From a virus, in the IMG/VR virus record IMGVR_UViG_3300020159_002019, positions 1-64,000 of that record: a stretch of DNA of 64,000 nt; one strand, written 5' to 3'. The notes under the pieces were generated by a model. That model saw nothing but the letters and a program-made list of their open reading frames with translations. It was not told the origin of the DNA and ran no database searches. Numbering within the stretch: the first letter of the stretch is position 1; the number at the start of each line of letters is the position of its first letter. The translations under genes were made by a program, and so were the position numbers. Below are positions 47,880-57,497 of this stretch, in pieces.

Positions 47880-49107
47880 AATAATTTCTATTATTTTAAT
47901 TTTATTTATGATGAGTGGGTTGAGCGTAAAAGCTCAATCTATTTCATATTCATATGTTGATCCCTGTACTAAAGAAACTAAAAATATTACAGTATCTGGA
48001 TTAAATGGTACTTTACCTATTGTAATGAATTATTATGGGCAAGTAAAAGCATTTACACCAACAGAACTTCAAAACGGAACTTTTGACTCTTGGGCTAATT
48101 CAGTTTATAATGAATATGGTAAAGGAAATCCTTGCGCTCAAATAGGGATTCAAACAATTACAACGAATGTATTAAATGTAACTAATAACGTAGTTAATAA
48201 TGTTGTTTCATTAGGTTCTATGCTAACTTCAATAACATCTTCAGGGGTTAATTCTATACCTACCGATGTAGTATCAACAACCGGAACTGGATCTAATACT
48301 ACCACTTCTAATAATAATTCAGGTGGAGGAAGAACTATAACAGGTGGTAAATCAGAAAAAGGAGTTCAAAGTAAAGAAGAAAAACAAGAAGAGCAAAAAC
48401 AAGAAGAAGTTAAGCAAGAAGAAACTAAACAATCTTCTAATTCTGCCAAATCAACTAGTAAAGCAACCTCAAAATCAGACAAACCGGCTATTATGTTAAC
48501 AGGCGATTTGGTTGGTATGCAATCTGCTTCTGATAATACACAAGACGCTAAAGCTACAACATCATATATTAGAATATCTGGAAATAAAAAGACATCGTTA
48601 GGTGTATCAGCAGATTTTACAATAAATGCTAATATAGGTAATATAACAGTATTTAGATCTTGGATGACACAAAAAACAGCTCGTAAACATATTGATTTAG
48701 TTTCTAATAGTATATCAATATTACCAAACAGCTTTAGCAATACATTAGTATTTATAAGAATAGATAACGTAAAGAAATTCACTGGACTATATGGTGTTGG
48801 GGGTATGTATGGGGCTTTAAACAAAGAACCGCTAACTTCTTTATTAACTCTTGGTGGTGGGATGTATAAAGGACAACTAACTAAAAATGTTGATGCGGTA
48901 TTTATATTAGTGGCTGTATATGTTCCATATATGAAATATTATACTGAAAGTATAATGAAATCAAAACCATTAATACTTCCATTTATGAATATAAACTATA
49001 AAGTAACTAAATCCTTTAGATTTGGATTAACGGCTGGAACCACATATTCGGTAAATGAACAACTAATAAACTATCAAGTATTATTTGGAGCTAAATTAAC
49101 TTTATGA
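47860..49107 (+). CDS. Secreted protein with a probable C-terminal outer-membrane beta-barrel
   Basis: Signal peptide ending VKA-Q, a low-complexity linker, then alternating beta strands ending YQVLFGAKLTL. Confidence 0.6.
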   Translation: MESLKNKIISIILILFMMSGLSVKAQSISYSYVDPCTKETKNITVSGLNGTLPIVMNYYGQVKAFTPTELQNGTFDSWANSVYNEYGKGNPCAQIGIQTITTNVLNVTNNVVNNVVSLGSMLTSITSSGVNSIPTDVVSTTGTGSNTTTSNNNSGGGRTITGGKSEKGVQSKEEKQEEQKQEEVKQEETKQSSNSAKSTSKATSKSDKPAIMLTGDLVGMQSASDNTQDAKATTSYIRISGNKKTSLGVSADFTINANIGNITVFRSWMTQKTARKHIDLVSNSISILPNSFSNTLVFIRIDNVKKFTGLYGVGGMYGALNKEPLTSLLTLGGGMYKGQLTKNVDAVFILVAVYVPYMKYYTESIMKSKPLILPFMNINYKVTKSFRFGLTAGTTYSVNEQLINYQVLFGAKLTL

Positions 49108-50759
49108 GAAAAATATTATTATTTTTACTATTATTATCATCAGTTGTTAAAAGTCAAAACTTTTCTCAGACAGGTAGGGTGTTTGGTATAAATAATGTAG
49201 GAGTATCTAATATAAGAATACAATTTTGGAAACGAACAACATCAGCCCTTACAGGATTCACATCCCAAACAAACTATAATGGACATTCTTATTATCGTTC
49301 AACAACAACTAATACTTGGACAGGCTCTAAATCTACTTGTGAAAGTATGGGAGGACATTTAGTTACGATGTCTAACGCAGCTGAAAATACATTTGTGTTT
49401 GGAACATGGCCTTCAGGATGGTTTGGATATTATCAAGATAAAAGTACTGGGTATTTCTTTTCAGAGCCTTTAGGAGGATTTAGATGGACTGAATTACCTG
49501 TAACAACGAGTTTAGTTGCTAATTATGATATAGCAGATACTAATTCATATAAAACAACATCACCTACGTTAGTTAGGAATACTATTAAAGGAACTAACGC
49601 TACTTTATTTAGTACTCCAACATATACAGCAACATCAGGTAAGTATATGTCATTTAATGGTTCAACACAATATATGATGACTGAAAATCTTGGAAGTTAT
49701 TTTAATTCAGGCGTTGTTAGTTTAATGTTATGGTGTTACCCAACAGATGCCGGTGTATTAGTATCTGAACAAGGACAACCTTCCGTTGATGGTGGTTGGT
49801 TTGATTCTCAAATTGAAATAACTAATGTAAGTGGTTCAACCGGAACATTAAGGTGTGGAACTTGGAGTGGTAGTGGATTACAAAGTGTAAGTACAACAAT
49901 AACATTAAATCAATGGAACTTTATATGTTTAACACATTCAGGAACTCAATTAAAAGGATACTTAAATGGGACAAACTTTAATTCTTTATCTTACGTAAGA
50001 CAATACCCTTCTCAATTATATTATACCTTCGCTTCTAAATGTAATACAAATATGGGTGATGGAACATTTGCTAATGCCAGATTAGGTTCATTTCAAGTAT
50101 CTAATGTTGTATGGACAGATGATGAGGTAAATAGAAGTTATATGTTTAATGCTTATAGATTTGGAGTATATCCATATTCTAATTGGAATAATGGCGAGCC
50201 TAATAATGCAGGAACAGAAGATTATGCTCAGTTCGTAAGTGGTGGTAAATGGAATGACTTACCAAACTCAGCGATGCTTAATTATGTATTGGAATTTGAT
50301 TATATAACATCAAACGGAACTTGGGTTTTAGATACAACAGTATTAACAAATACTAGTGGAGATTATTCGGTTTTAAGAACATCTAACCCTTCTATTGAGT
50401 GGAGAATAATATTAGATACATTATCTATATCATCACCGCAAAGAACTAATGCTTTAGATAATAACAACCTTATATTTAATAAAAGAACTATTAACGGAGC
50501 TGATTATTTTAGATATGATTTAAATACTGATAATAATTTTTCAGTTTCAGATATTTATTTACAAATAAAAAAACGTAGAGGATTGATTTGGACGGTACCA
50601 AATTATAGAATATATACACAAACGGAACATTCTACAATTAGGTTATCAGTCACGGATTTAAGATTAACATATCCGGGAGTTCAAACAACTACAGCGTCAC
50701 CACTAACAAATGGTGGTGTGACTAATTTTTATATATTAAGAACAGGCTATGACAATTAA
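49104..50759 (+). CDS. Secreted C-type lectin / LamG / dockerin-like protein
   Basis: Signal peptide; CTL motifs YNGHSYY, CESMGGHLVT, EPN and WND; LamG LNQWNFICLT...YLNG; dockerin-like YDLNTDNNFSVSDI. Confidence 0.8.
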   Translation: MRKILLFLLLLSSVVKSQNFSQTGRVFGINNVGVSNIRIQFWKRTTSALTGFTSQTNYNGHSYYRSTTTNTWTGSKSTCESMGGHLVTMSNAAENTFVFGTWPSGWFGYYQDKSTGYFFSEPLGGFRWTELPVTTSLVANYDIADTNSYKTTSPTLVRNTIKGTNATLFSTPTYTATSGKYMSFNGSTQYMMTENLGSYFNSGVVSLMLWCYPTDAGVLVSEQGQPSVDGGWFDSQIEITNVSGSTGTLRCGTWSGSGLQSVSTTITLNQWNFICLTHSGTQLKGYLNGTNFNSLSYVRQYPSQLYYTFASKCNTNMGDGTFANARLGSFQVSNVVWTDDEVNRSYMFNAYRFGVYPYSNWNNGEPNNAGTEDYAQFVSGGKWNDLPNSAMLNYVLEFDYITSNGTWVLDTTVLTNTSGDYSVLRTSNPSIEWRIILDTLSISSPQRTNALDNNNLIFNKRTINGADYFRYDLNTDNNFSVSDIYLQIKKRRGLIWTVPNYRIYTQTEHSTIRLSVTDLRLTYPGVQTTTASPLTNGGVTNFYILRTGYDN

Positions 50760-51192
50760 AAGTTTATTATTTGGGTTATTATTCCTTCCATTGTTTTCAT
50801 TTGGACAATGTGTAAAAGTTGATTCAGTTTATAATAAAACTGAAATGAAATCTATTGAAAATAGATCCGTATTATTTGGTATTAAACAAATCACGGAAGA
50901 TCTTTTACAAGATAAAGGTTTTGATATTTGTCAAGACGGATCACCAATATATGTTGAAATAACCTATATTGGATTACCTGAAAATACATTTAGAATTGCT
51001 GGATTTGCCTTACAAAACAAGATTACGGAAATTAAAGTTAAAATAATAAACGGAATTAGAATAATGGAAGGAACTGGAACTTATAAAACATCTACAAATG
51101 CTATGATGCTTGAAATAAATGAAGAAGTTCCATTTAAACAAACAGTCCTATCTAATGCTATTAAATTAGCTTTGATAAACGCTTTGAGGTAA
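50749..51192 (+). CDS. Small secreted protein of the envelope operon
   Basis: Signal peptide ending FSFG-Q; alpha/beta pattern (GIKQITEDLLQDKGF...LSNAIKLAL) loosely reminiscent of a CsgG-type core. Confidence 0.65.
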   Translation: MTIKSLLFGLLFLPLFSFGQCVKVDSVYNKTEMKSIENRSVLFGIKQITEDLLQDKGFDICQDGSPIYVEITYIGLPENTFRIAGFALQNKITEIKVKIINGIRIMEGTGTYKTSTNAMMLEINEEVPFKQTVLSNAIKLALINALR

Positions 51193-53016
51193 TTATTTAT
51201 TATATTTAGCGTCAATCCTTTCAATGATTTCTTCAATCACACCCTTGTTATCAATTACACCATCAATAGCCATATTAATAATGGATCTTTTTTTATCTAA
51301 AACTTCATATACTATCGTATCCACAGTATCGTCAAAAAGTGGAAAATAACAAATAACGTCCTTAGTTTGCCCTATCCTATACGCCCTATCTAATGATTGG
51401 TCAATATTTGCTGGGGTATAATTTAAATCATTTACAATAACAACTTCAGCTGCGGTTAAAGTTAATCCAACACCAGCAGCAACGGTATTACCAATAAACA
51501 ATCTAACATTTGGATTATTTTGAAAATCCTCAACAGCCTTTTGTCTATCCTTTTGACTTGTTTCACCATTAATAACAACACAAATATCTTTATATTCTTC
51601 TCTTAATGTATTAACAACTGAAGTATAATCGGTAAATACAATTACTTTTTTATCCGATTCTAATGAATTATTGATAAGTTCTTTGGTATGCTTTAATTTA
51701 TTTTCGGCAACCCATCTTCTTAAAACAGATAATTCAACTAGTTTTTTAGCATATGAAACATTCTTACCTTGTTCTTCCCTCATTTGAATATATCTTTCAA
51801 CAGATGAATCATAATCAATTTTATCATCATCATCTAATTGTAAGTATATAGGTGAAATAATTTTATCAGGTAAATCTAATACATCTTCTTTTCTTCTTCT
51901 AATTGAAACAGGTTTAATCCTTCTATTTAATTCTTCTAAATTTGAAGCACCATCAGCCTTAATAATTCTTCTACCTTTAATCATCATAGTTTTAGCATTA
52001 CAATAACTATATAGGAATGAATTATAATTGGTTGATAGTGGATGTTCTACCATAGATAATAATGAAAACAAATCCACAGGTTTATTTGTAATTGGTGTTC
52101 CTGTTAAAAACCACCTTTTTTTAATTGTTTTAGCTATTTTTTTAACGTGTTTTGTTCTATTCGAACTTGATGATTTTAAATAATGTGCCTCATCACAAAT
52201 AATCAAATCAAACTGTTCATTTAATATTTGATTATTAACAGCAACCTCATCGTATTCTTGGAACTTGAACTTAGGTTTTTTTTCTTTTTTAGGTTTTTCA
52301 ATTGTATTAAACTTATCTAAGATATCATAATTTATAATTGTCCATTTATTAGGTTTCCATTCTCTTTGAATAATTGATACATTATCAGAATCATCATATA
52401 TAGATATTTCTTTTTTCCAATTTAATTTAAGTGATGCTGGGCATATAACCAATATTTTTTTAGCGTCAGATTCCAAAGCAGCGATAATTGATGAGGCTGT
52501 TTTACCTAAACCTGGTGTATCTAATAATAAGAAATTATCATTTTGTAATAATTTAATAATAGCTTCTTCTTGATGCTTCATAGGAAGCCTTGAAGAGTAT
52601 TTATTCCAATCCACATTTACTTCAGGTATAACCCTAAATAAATCTTCATTTAGTTGAGCTTTTGGTAGCCAAATAAGTTCAGAGTCTCTATTTTTAAATA
52701 ATTTAACTTGGGCGTGATATACCTTTTCTTGTTCCCCAACAATCTTTTCAATTAGGATTTTTTCTATTTGATTAGTAATATTAAATTGTCTCATTAAAGA
52801 GTTCCTAAAGAAATTAGTTAAATCTAAAAACTTATTTACTTCTTTTACTTGAAAATTATGATTATTTATAATATAATTTGCTTGATTTTCAGTTATCGGT
52901 AAGAATGATTTCTTTTCTCTTGTTTTTTTCAATTCCAAGATATAAGGATTATCCCCCACATAACTTTTTAATAAATCTAGAGCTTTAACTTTAGCAATGT
53001 CATTTAATTCTATCAT
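51193..53016 (-). CDS. SNF2-family (SMARCAL1/HARP-like) helicase
   Basis: LDTPGLGKT, ICPASLKLNW, DEAHYLK, LTGTPITN, AAGVGLTLT, QSLDRAYRIGQ. Confidence 0.93.
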   Translation of the reverse strand: MIELNDIAKVKALDLLKSYVGDNPYILELKKTREKKSFLPITENQANYIINNHNFQVKEVNKFLDLTNFFRNSLMRQFNITNQIEKILIEKIVGEQEKVYHAQVKLFKNRDSELIWLPKAQLNEDLFRVIPEVNVDWNKYSSRLPMKHQEEAIIKLLQNDNFLLLDTPGLGKTASSIIAALESDAKKILVICPASLKLNWKKEISIYDDSDNVSIIQREWKPNKWTIINYDILDKFNTIEKPKKEKKPKFKFQEYDEVAVNNQILNEQFDLIICDEAHYLKSSSSNRTKHVKKIAKTIKKRWFLTGTPITNKPVDLFSLLSMVEHPLSTNYNSFLYSYCNAKTMMIKGRRIIKADGASNLEELNRRIKPVSIRRRKEDVLDLPDKIISPIYLQLDDDDKIDYDSSVERYIQMREEQGKNVSYAKKLVELSVLRRWVAENKLKHTKELINNSLESDKKVIVFTDYTSVVNTLREEYKDICVVINGETSQKDRQKAVEDFQNNPNVRLFIGNTVAAGVGLTLTAAEVVIVNDLNYTPANIDQSLDRAYRIGQTKDVICYFPLFDDTVDTIVYEVLDKKRSIINMAIDGVIDNKGVIEEIIERIDAKYNK

Positions 53017-53179
53017 CTATAACAATATAATATTTTTCAATAAAAAATAAATAAATGTTTATTTTATGCTTTATATATTTATATTGACCAGGACCTTAAT
53101 AATTAATAGTATATTAAATAATATATATAATAACTAGAAACTAGACCAGAACAGCTTTATATAAAATATATTATAGAAC

Positions 53180-53187
53180 TATTTATA
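53180..53187 (+). promoter_or_regulatory. Putative late promoter TATTTATA
   Basis: TATTTATA-N3-ATG (53191). Confidence 0.7.
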
Positions 53188-53190
53188 TAT

Positions 53191-53556
53191 ATGGCAAAGC
53201 AAAAATTAGAATTTAATGATGATAGTTTAACATCATTACTTCAAGAAACATATTGTGAAATAGTTGATCAAAGAAATAAGGCTTTAGGATTACTCAACAA
53301 GTATTTAAAGAATGTTGAAGAGAATAGTGATATAGCTATGGTTGGTAAAATCAATAACGAATTATTAAAAGTAATAGACTCTTCAATTGGTAAAAAGATT
53401 GAAGTGGTTAAACTTATGGCTGATATTATGAATAAGAAAGGTAGTATTAAAAATGATGATTCTTCAACAAATCAAATATCAAAAGAACAAAAAGCCGAAA
53501 TGCGTAAATTGGTTAAAGAAATAAAAGAAGGTAAGATAAATATTAGTGGTGAATAA
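53191..53556 (+). CDS. Hypothetical late protein (helical)
   Basis: 121 aa ORF directly after the late motif. Confidence 0.7.
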   Translation: MAKQKLEFNDDSLTSLLQETYCEIVDQRNKALGLLNKYLKNVEENSDIAMVGKINNELLKVIDSSIGKKIEVVKLMADIMNKKGSIKNDDSSTNQISKEQKAEMRKLVKEIKEGKINISGE

Positions 53557-55097
53557 TGGCTAATACCGGACAAGCAGATAAAAAACTTATACTTGATAGA
53601 GTTCAAAACTTTTTAATTACAATTGAGCAATTAAAAAAAGAAAAGCTCGTATTACAATTAACAAATTATTCATTACCTTCATTAAGAATACCTAAAGACG
53701 ATCCATTTGATTTTCTTATGGATTTACTTGGAACAATGAAAGGTAAGAAACAAGCTGTTCAAGAAGTTCTAAATTCAGTATTGGGTAGTATAGATTCAAT
53801 CAATATTAAACTTAAAGAAGGTTTAAAAAAAGTAATTCTTAAATCTTTCTTTTGTAATAATGACTTTGTTGTAAAACCAGAATATACAAATGGTTCAAAT
53901 GATATTGAATTCTCAATATCAAGCATAGATTATTTTTTCTTATTAAAAACTAGTCCATTAGATGATGTAAGTGGGGCTTATGAAATAAATAGTGGATTGA
54001 ATAGATTTATTTATGATACATTAAATGGTTCGGCAGGGACATCATCGTGGCAAGATTTACTAACTAATGTGAGTTTTAATCAATCAACACAAGTTTTAAG
54101 TTTTAGAATAAATCCTAAATATGCGAATCAACCTGTAAGTGTATTTGTAAATGATTATGTAGATTCACTTACTATTATTGATAATGAGTTCTTCAAATCT
54201 TTATTTAGTATCTCTCAAAAACCAAATAAAGAATTACAGAAAAGATTACAATTTTTAAATAAATTGATTAATGATGTAAGAAATGCTTGTGCTCCGACAT
54301 TGAATGATGTGGGTAAAAATAAGACAGAAAAAGAAGCTATATTAGTAGATTTATTAAATAATAAAGGGAAACCTTTAAGTCAAATATTAGCTGAAAGAAT
54401 TGCTAAATACAATGAATATGATACTTTAGCTGATGATTTTACAAATAAAATAAATCAAATTCTTTGTCAGCCCATACAAACACCAATAACAAACCAAACT
54501 GTATTGGATGCTTATAGTCAGATAAATGATGAAATAAACCAATTAAATAGTTTATTAAATGGCATTGATAGTGTATTAAATAATTCATATCAAAATAATG
54601 CTAATGGAACAGGTAATGGTATTGCAACTGGTGGGGATCCAATAACTGATAGCCCTTTTTCTTTACCTACATTAAATATAGATTTCAAGTTAGGTATAAT
54701 AGCTCAAATACCTAATAATATTGCTAGATTATTATTATCCCCAAAGGTAATAATGTTATTTGGTATTTTAACACAATTACAAAATTTACCATGGAATGAA
54801 GGATTTGAAAGTTTTTTACAAAAATTTACAAAATCTTTATTTGATATGATTAAAAGTATTATAACTGAAATATATGATAAGATATATAATTTAGTTGCTG
54901 ATAATATATGGTTGATAATACAAGGTTTAATATTACAAATTGTGGGTGAAAAAACAAAGGCTAGGTTAGCCATAATATTATCCCTAGTGGCCTTATTTGA
55001 TAAATTAAATGGTATTTTAAGTGATATTGATTTCGGTAATTGTAGGTCAATATTGGATGCCTTATTAAAACTAACATCACTATCCAGTCTATTATAA
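53556..55097 (+). CDS. Hypothetical late protein, probably a virion component
   Basis: 513 aa, translationally coupled to the upstream gene, with a hydrophobic helical C-terminus. Confidence 0.65.
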   Translation: MANTGQADKKLILDRVQNFLITIEQLKKEKLVLQLTNYSLPSLRIPKDDPFDFLMDLLGTMKGKKQAVQEVLNSVLGSIDSINIKLKEGLKKVILKSFFCNNDFVVKPEYTNGSNDIEFSISSIDYFFLLKTSPLDDVSGAYEINSGLNRFIYDTLNGSAGTSSWQDLLTNVSFNQSTQVLSFRINPKYANQPVSVFVNDYVDSLTIIDNEFFKSLFSISQKPNKELQKRLQFLNKLINDVRNACAPTLNDVGKNKTEKEAILVDLLNNKGKPLSQILAERIAKYNEYDTLADDFTNKINQILCQPIQTPITNQTVLDAYSQINDEINQLNSLLNGIDSVLNNSYQNNANGTGNGIATGGDPITDSPFSLPTLNIDFKLGIIAQIPNNIARLLLSPKVIMLFGILTQLQNLPWNEGFESFLQKFTKSLFDMIKSIITEIYDKIYNLVADNIWLIIQGLILQIVGEKTKARLAIILSLVALFDKLNGILSDIDFGNCRSILDALLKLTSLSSLL

Positions 55098-55139
55098 TAT
55101 AGATTTTCTTTTTACATTTTTTTTATTATCCTTGTATAT

Positions 55140-55424
55140 ATGGAAAACAAGGAATACGAACACGTAAATCACCCAAACCATTACAATACTTTTAGTAAAG
55201 AAGTTATTGATATGATGGTAGATATTTGGGGTGTTGAAAAAACAATTGCTTTTTGTGAGATGAATGCTTTTAAGTATAAAATGCGTATGGGTGATAAACC
55301 AAATCAACCGTTGGAACAAGATGCTAAGAAAGCTTCTTGGTATATTAATAAAGCAAAAGAACTAAAAAGTAAGTTAGATACTTATGGTGTAATAGAAACA
55401 ATCACGGAGGTAATATATAAATGA
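55140..55424 (+). CDS. DUF3310 (SaV-like) protein
   Basis: VNHPNHY, FCEMNAFKY..R.G.K, QDAKKASWYI. Confidence 0.85.
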   Translation: MENKEYEHVNHPNHYNTFSKEVIDMMVDIWGVEKTIAFCEMNAFKYKMRMGDKPNQPLEQDAKKASWYINKAKELKSKLDTYGVIETITEVIYK

Positions 55425-56101
55425 TAGAATTCGCAAGAACAAATAAGGATGTTATTAAAACCGTATCGGATGAACAATCGGTTATTATTGATAGCATATT
55501 AAAACTTTATATTCCATCTAGACAAATAGATGTAGATCCGACATATTCTAAAGGTAATTTCTATAAGAAAACAATTATACCTGAACCAAAACATAAGTTT
55601 GATTTATACCCACAAACAGAAGATACAATTCAAGCATCTGCCGATAAACTACCATTACCTGATAATTCAGTAAATAGTATAATGTTCGATCCACCATTTG
55701 TTGTTGGGACTCCTAATACTTCTAAAGGTAAAGTGGGCTCAAATATAATATCAAGCAGGTTTGGTTCATTTAAAAATATTGAAGAGCTTTGGAAATTCTA
55801 TGAAGCATCAATTGGTGAATTTTCAAGAATAATAAACGATAATGGTGTTTTAATTGTAAAATGTCAGGATACTATTAGTTCATCAAAACAATACTTATCA
55901 CATATTGAAGTAATTAATTATGGTATAAGACACGGATTCTATTGTAAGGATTTGTTTATTCAAACAACTAAAAATAGGATATTATCAGGTAAGCATAAAG
56001 TTCAGATGCACGCAAGAAAATACCATTGTTATTGGGTTGTTTTCACTAAGGAAAAGAGTAAGGTAAAATATAATAATTTTTGGGATGAAGAACAAAAATG
56101 A
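55421..56101 (+). CDS. Putative DNA amino-methyltransferase
   Basis: DPTYSKGNF (SAM-binding) and IMFDPPF (catalytic). Confidence 0.75.
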   Translation: MIEFARTNKDVIKTVSDEQSVIIDSILKLYIPSRQIDVDPTYSKGNFYKKTIIPEPKHKFDLYPQTEDTIQASADKLPLPDNSVNSIMFDPPFVVGTPNTSKGKVGSNIISSRFGSFKNIEELWKFYEASIGEFSRIINDNGVLIVKCQDTISSSKQYLSHIEVINYGIRHGFYCKDLFIQTTKNRILSGKHKVQMHARKYHCYWVVFTKEKSKVKYNNFWDEEQK

Positions 56102-56336
56102 GATGAATATAAATCATCTAATTAATTCGGTTAATTTTTACTTCACTTTAGATATTTCTAAATCAAAAGAATATTGGGTTGAATTAAAAAGTAGATTAGA
56201 AAAAATATCTTGGAATGAAGAATTAATTAAAATGTATAATAAACCATTTTATGATAAGTATATAAGTAGTGGTTTATTAAGTAAAAAATTTGAGTTTAAA
56301 AATGGTGTTCCTATTAGTTGGGAGGGAGAAATATGA
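56085..56336 (+). CDS. Hypothetical protein
   Basis: 83 aa ORF tiled between the two methyltransferases. Confidence 0.5.
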   Translation: MKNKNEMNINHLINSVNFYFTLDISKSKEYWVELKSRLEKISWNEELIKMYNKPFYDKYISSGLLSKKFEFKNGVPISWEGEI

Positions 56337-57184
56337 GTTTGGAAATAAATAAAATACATAAAGGATTAACGGAAGAGTTAATCAAACAAATGGATGATAA
56401 GTCAATTAATCTTATTGTCACGTCACCTGATTACGCTAACACAGTAAATTATGGTAAAAAAGTTAAATTATATAATGAGAATACTTTCGCTGATTGGTTT
56501 ATACCGGTTATCAAAGATTTTTACAATAAACTAACTGATGATGGTTCATTTATTATGAATATAAATGATAAGGTATCTAATGGTGAGAGAAGTATCTATG
56601 TTATGGATTTGGTTTGTCGTATTGTTAGAGAAACAGATTTCAAGTTATACGATAGATATATTTGGGGTAAGAAAGCCGCTTTACCGACAGGTGGTAATAA
56701 AAGATTAAATGATAGAATTGAATATATCTTTCATTTTGTAAAATCACCAAAAGATTTTTATTGTGATACAAACGCTATTAGAGAACCATATGCGGAAGCT
56801 TCCGTTAAACGATTTGACTATAAAGTAATGGCGAATGATGTTATTGATGAAAATGGTTTAACTGATAACACAAAAAAGAAAAAGGTGAATGTAAATCCTT
56901 TGGGTAAAGTTCCTGGTACATTATTTCAATTCAATACAGCTGCGACTGTAAGAGATGAAAGTTCAGGAAGGCATCCCGCACCATTTAACCCTGAATTACC
57001 TGAGTTTTTTGTTAAATGGCTAACAAAGGAAGGTGATTTAGTTTTAGATCCTTTTAATGGAGTTGCTTCAAGTGGAGTTGCGTCTTACAATAATAATAGA
57101 AACTATATTGGTTTTGATATGAATGAATTATATATTGATATCAGTAAAGAAAGATTGAATAAATTTAATAAATTAGAAGTATGA
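56333..57184 (+). CDS. Beta-class DNA methyltransferase (N4-cytosine/N6-adenine)
   Basis: LIVTSPDY, HPAPF, VLDPFNG, RNYIGFD. Start moved to the ATG at 56333. Confidence 0.88.
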   Translation: MSLEINKIHKGLTEELIKQMDDKSINLIVTSPDYANTVNYGKKVKLYNENTFADWFIPVIKDFYNKLTDDGSFIMNINDKVSNGERSIYVMDLVCRIVRETDFKLYDRYIWGKKAALPTGGNKRLNDRIEYIFHFVKSPKDFYCDTNAIREPYAEASVKRFDYKVMANDVIDENGLTDNTKKKKVNVNPLGKVPGTLFQFNTAATVRDESSGRHPAPFNPELPEFFVKWLTKEGDLVLDPFNGVASSGVASYNNNRNYIGFDMNELYIDISKERLNKFNKLEV

Positions 57185-57441
57185 AAAAATTGTTTATTTG
57201 GACAAAATTTGGATGTCCAGACTGTATTGAAATGAAAGGTATGTTAGATAACGCTAATATTCCTTATGAGGCTTTGGAAAGTGAATTGTATCAAGGGTGG
57301 GATATTGCGGTTAGCGAAACTAAAAGTAATGGAGTACCGCAAGCTGAATTCGAATACCCTGATGGTAGTATTGTAAGGGTTTGGAACGCCGAAACATTGG
57401 ATGAGTTATTACAAAAAATAAAAGATGAATGGGAAAAATAA
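57181..57441 (+). CDS. Glutaredoxin-like protein
   Basis: CPDC active site and GVPQ cis-Pro motif. Confidence 0.85.
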   Translation: MKKLFIWTKFGCPDCIEMKGMLDNANIPYEALESELYQGWDIAVSETKSNGVPQAEFEYPDGSIVRVWNAETLDELLQKIKDEWEK

Positions 57442-57497
57442 TCACTAATTTTAGTAGTAAATATTTTACTTTATTAAATTTTTAGTTATTTATATAT

